NCBI RefSeq assembly: GCF_018350175.1
Contig: NC_058368.1
Location: forward strand, 104,410,001 to 104,474,000
Reading direction: 5' to 3'
DNA: 64,000 bases
From: Felis catus
Taxonomy: Eukaryota
Positions 62,131 to 64,000 of this stretch are shown piece after piece. A program made the translations under genes and the position numbers. The number at the start of each line of letters is the position of its first letter. Position 1 is the stretch's first letter. Below the pieces are notes generated by a model. That model saw only the letters and a program-made list of their open reading frames with translations, did no database searches and was not told where the DNA came from.

Positions 62131-63407
62131 GCCTCACCTCCCTTTACTTGTACATCATCATTTAGTGCATGAAGGAAACAGAGTGGCAAACTGCAATCAG
62201 GAGCATCAGGACGTTCACAATATAAAAGGTGCATTAGAAAAAGCACTGGGAGCTGAAGCCGGTAATTGGCACTTGATTATCTACAAGTGTCGCCTTACCC
62301 ATCTCTGCGTTTTCTATGAAGTTTATTTAGCAAAATGCCCTCACACAGTTGGGCACACGCGTTTAATGCTGGTCAAGTAAACAAGTTTCTCCCAAACACA
62401 AATGGAATTGTGATTATTGGTTGCACCCTGGAGTCCCTGCTGAAACTGTGGATTCCTCGGCGACCCAGATAGAGTTCCATCGTCCTGTTTGCATCCTCAG
62501 CTGCCAGACAGAAGCCTGTATGCAATGACATATGCTCAGCAGGTCTTGATTGAAAGATGAGATTATGGCATTGTGCGACCCTGCGCAAGTCACATAACTC
62601 CTTAGGGCATTCTTGTCCTCATCCAGGGGGTTTATCAGAGTCCACGACAACAGCTACTCATTGGGGCCGTGGGATCGCCCTGATTCTGGGCACAATTTTA
62701 TTTGGCATCTGTGTATCATTTTTCTGAAAGAGGACACCTATCTTTTATTGTCTCAAAGATTCTGTGGCTATTCCCTGCCACCAAAAGTTTCAGAATCTTT
62801 AGCTGAGAGCTAGAGTCTCAAAAATTACTGAATTCGTGAATCCCAATACTAAAATACTTTGGAGCATGCATGCCATGCTTACTTACTAGATATGTGCGAT
62901 GTACTATATTAGGTGCATTATCAAACTAGCATCAAAAGCACAAAAAGTATAAGGTAAATAAACAATATTTATTTCTTTATATATCTAAGAGTACAGATAC
63001 TTTATCTTAAAAAATAATCATTATTTTATCAAGAATAGTGTGAATGAATATGCCTTATATTTGAAAAGCTAGATTAATTATTTGTGATACGTTAATCTGA
63101 AGGTCTAGTTCCATGTTCGGTTTATTTTACATAGCTGGGTTTTAATGGCTGTCATAGTTCTAAGCAAAAAAAAAAAAAAAAAAAAAAATCACAGTGTGAA
63201 CATTTCCAAACACTGTTTTTCACAATGTTCTCCCTATAATAAGTTTCGTTAAAATTCAGTTATCTTCTTATTCTTAAAATGACATCTTTATCTTGAAAGG
63301 ACAAATTAGTTATGCTCTGTATTTTTAAACAATGACCCACAGGTAGCATACTAGAGTGGCTCATTATCACAGAAATGGTTAACAAAATAGGGAACCCTTT
63401 ACTTTTT

Positions 63408-63630
63408 TTTTTTTTAATTTTTTTTTTCAACGTTTATTTATTTTTGGGACAGAGAGAGACAGAGCATGAACGGGGGAGGGGCAGAGAGAGAGGGAGACAC
63501 AGAATCGGAAACAGGCTCCAGGCTCTGAGCCATCAGCCCAGAGCCTGACGCGGGGCTCGAACTCCCGGACCGCGAGATCGTGACCTGGCTGAAGTCGGAC
63601 GCTTAACCGACTGCGCCACCCAGGCGCCCC
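63408..63630 (-). mobile_element. Young feline CAN-SINE (SINEC_Fc-like)
   Basis: TSD agggaaccctttacttttt 63389-63407 / 63632-63650. Confidence 0.97.
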
Positions 63631-64000
63631 AAGGGAACCCTTTACTTTTTATAAAAAGAAAAATGAATGTAACTTATCTGTAAGTTGGACAACTCAATTA
63701 TTTTTTTATAAGATAACCAGCAAATCTCTGTGTGGCACAGAAGATTTTCATGGTCCCTTCTCAACTTAATACAAAATATTGTATTGCTTTGACTACACTG
63801 TACATTACACATTTGTTTTTTATAAAATTAATTATGAAGTATCCCGCAGCATTTGGTATACCTCTGGCTTCAACATCTTGGCTGCCCTAGCTTGCTTATG
63901 AATGATGCAGTGAATGAATTTATCTCTTATAACCTCACCCTGGAATCCTTCTCTAAGAAACAGCTGCTTCTCAAGAGGGAACACTACTTGGTTTTTCTCA

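Noticed and set aside
2812..63630. Dispersed ~200 bp repeats as a CRISPR-like array or tRNA genes
   Set aside because: Irregular spacing, both strands, poly-A tails and TSDs identify them as SINEs; the tRNA-like heads lack a complete cloverleaf

Overview
64 kb of mammalian, almost certainly felid (cat-lineage), non-coding genomic DNA. About 45 tRNA-derived CAN-SINEs dominate the window. Ten of them are near-identical, young SINEC_Fc-type copies, most with exact target-site duplications (TSDs). The window also holds one ~3.5 kb felid L1 with a twin-priming 5' inversion and a SINE nested inside it, many ancient L1M, L2 and MIR fragments, an 823 bp TA-flanked Tigger/pogo-type non-autonomous DNA transposon, an MLT2-type ERVL solo LTR, hAT/MER5-like relics, microsatellites and long G or C homopolymers. 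I could not identify any host protein-coding exon or RNA gene. The only recognisable protein sequence is broken L1 ORF2, plus a possible transposase C-terminal remnant. The first ~20 kb is almost all transposon-derived. The rest has several 1.5-4 kb repeat-poor blocks with candidate enhancer, promoter or non-coding-exon signals, all of them inference. Repeat family names come from my recall of consensus sequences, not from a database search, and the boundaries of ancient repeats are approximate. I see no support for a new multi-gene system. The best-supported findings concern retrotransposition mechanics and nesting.
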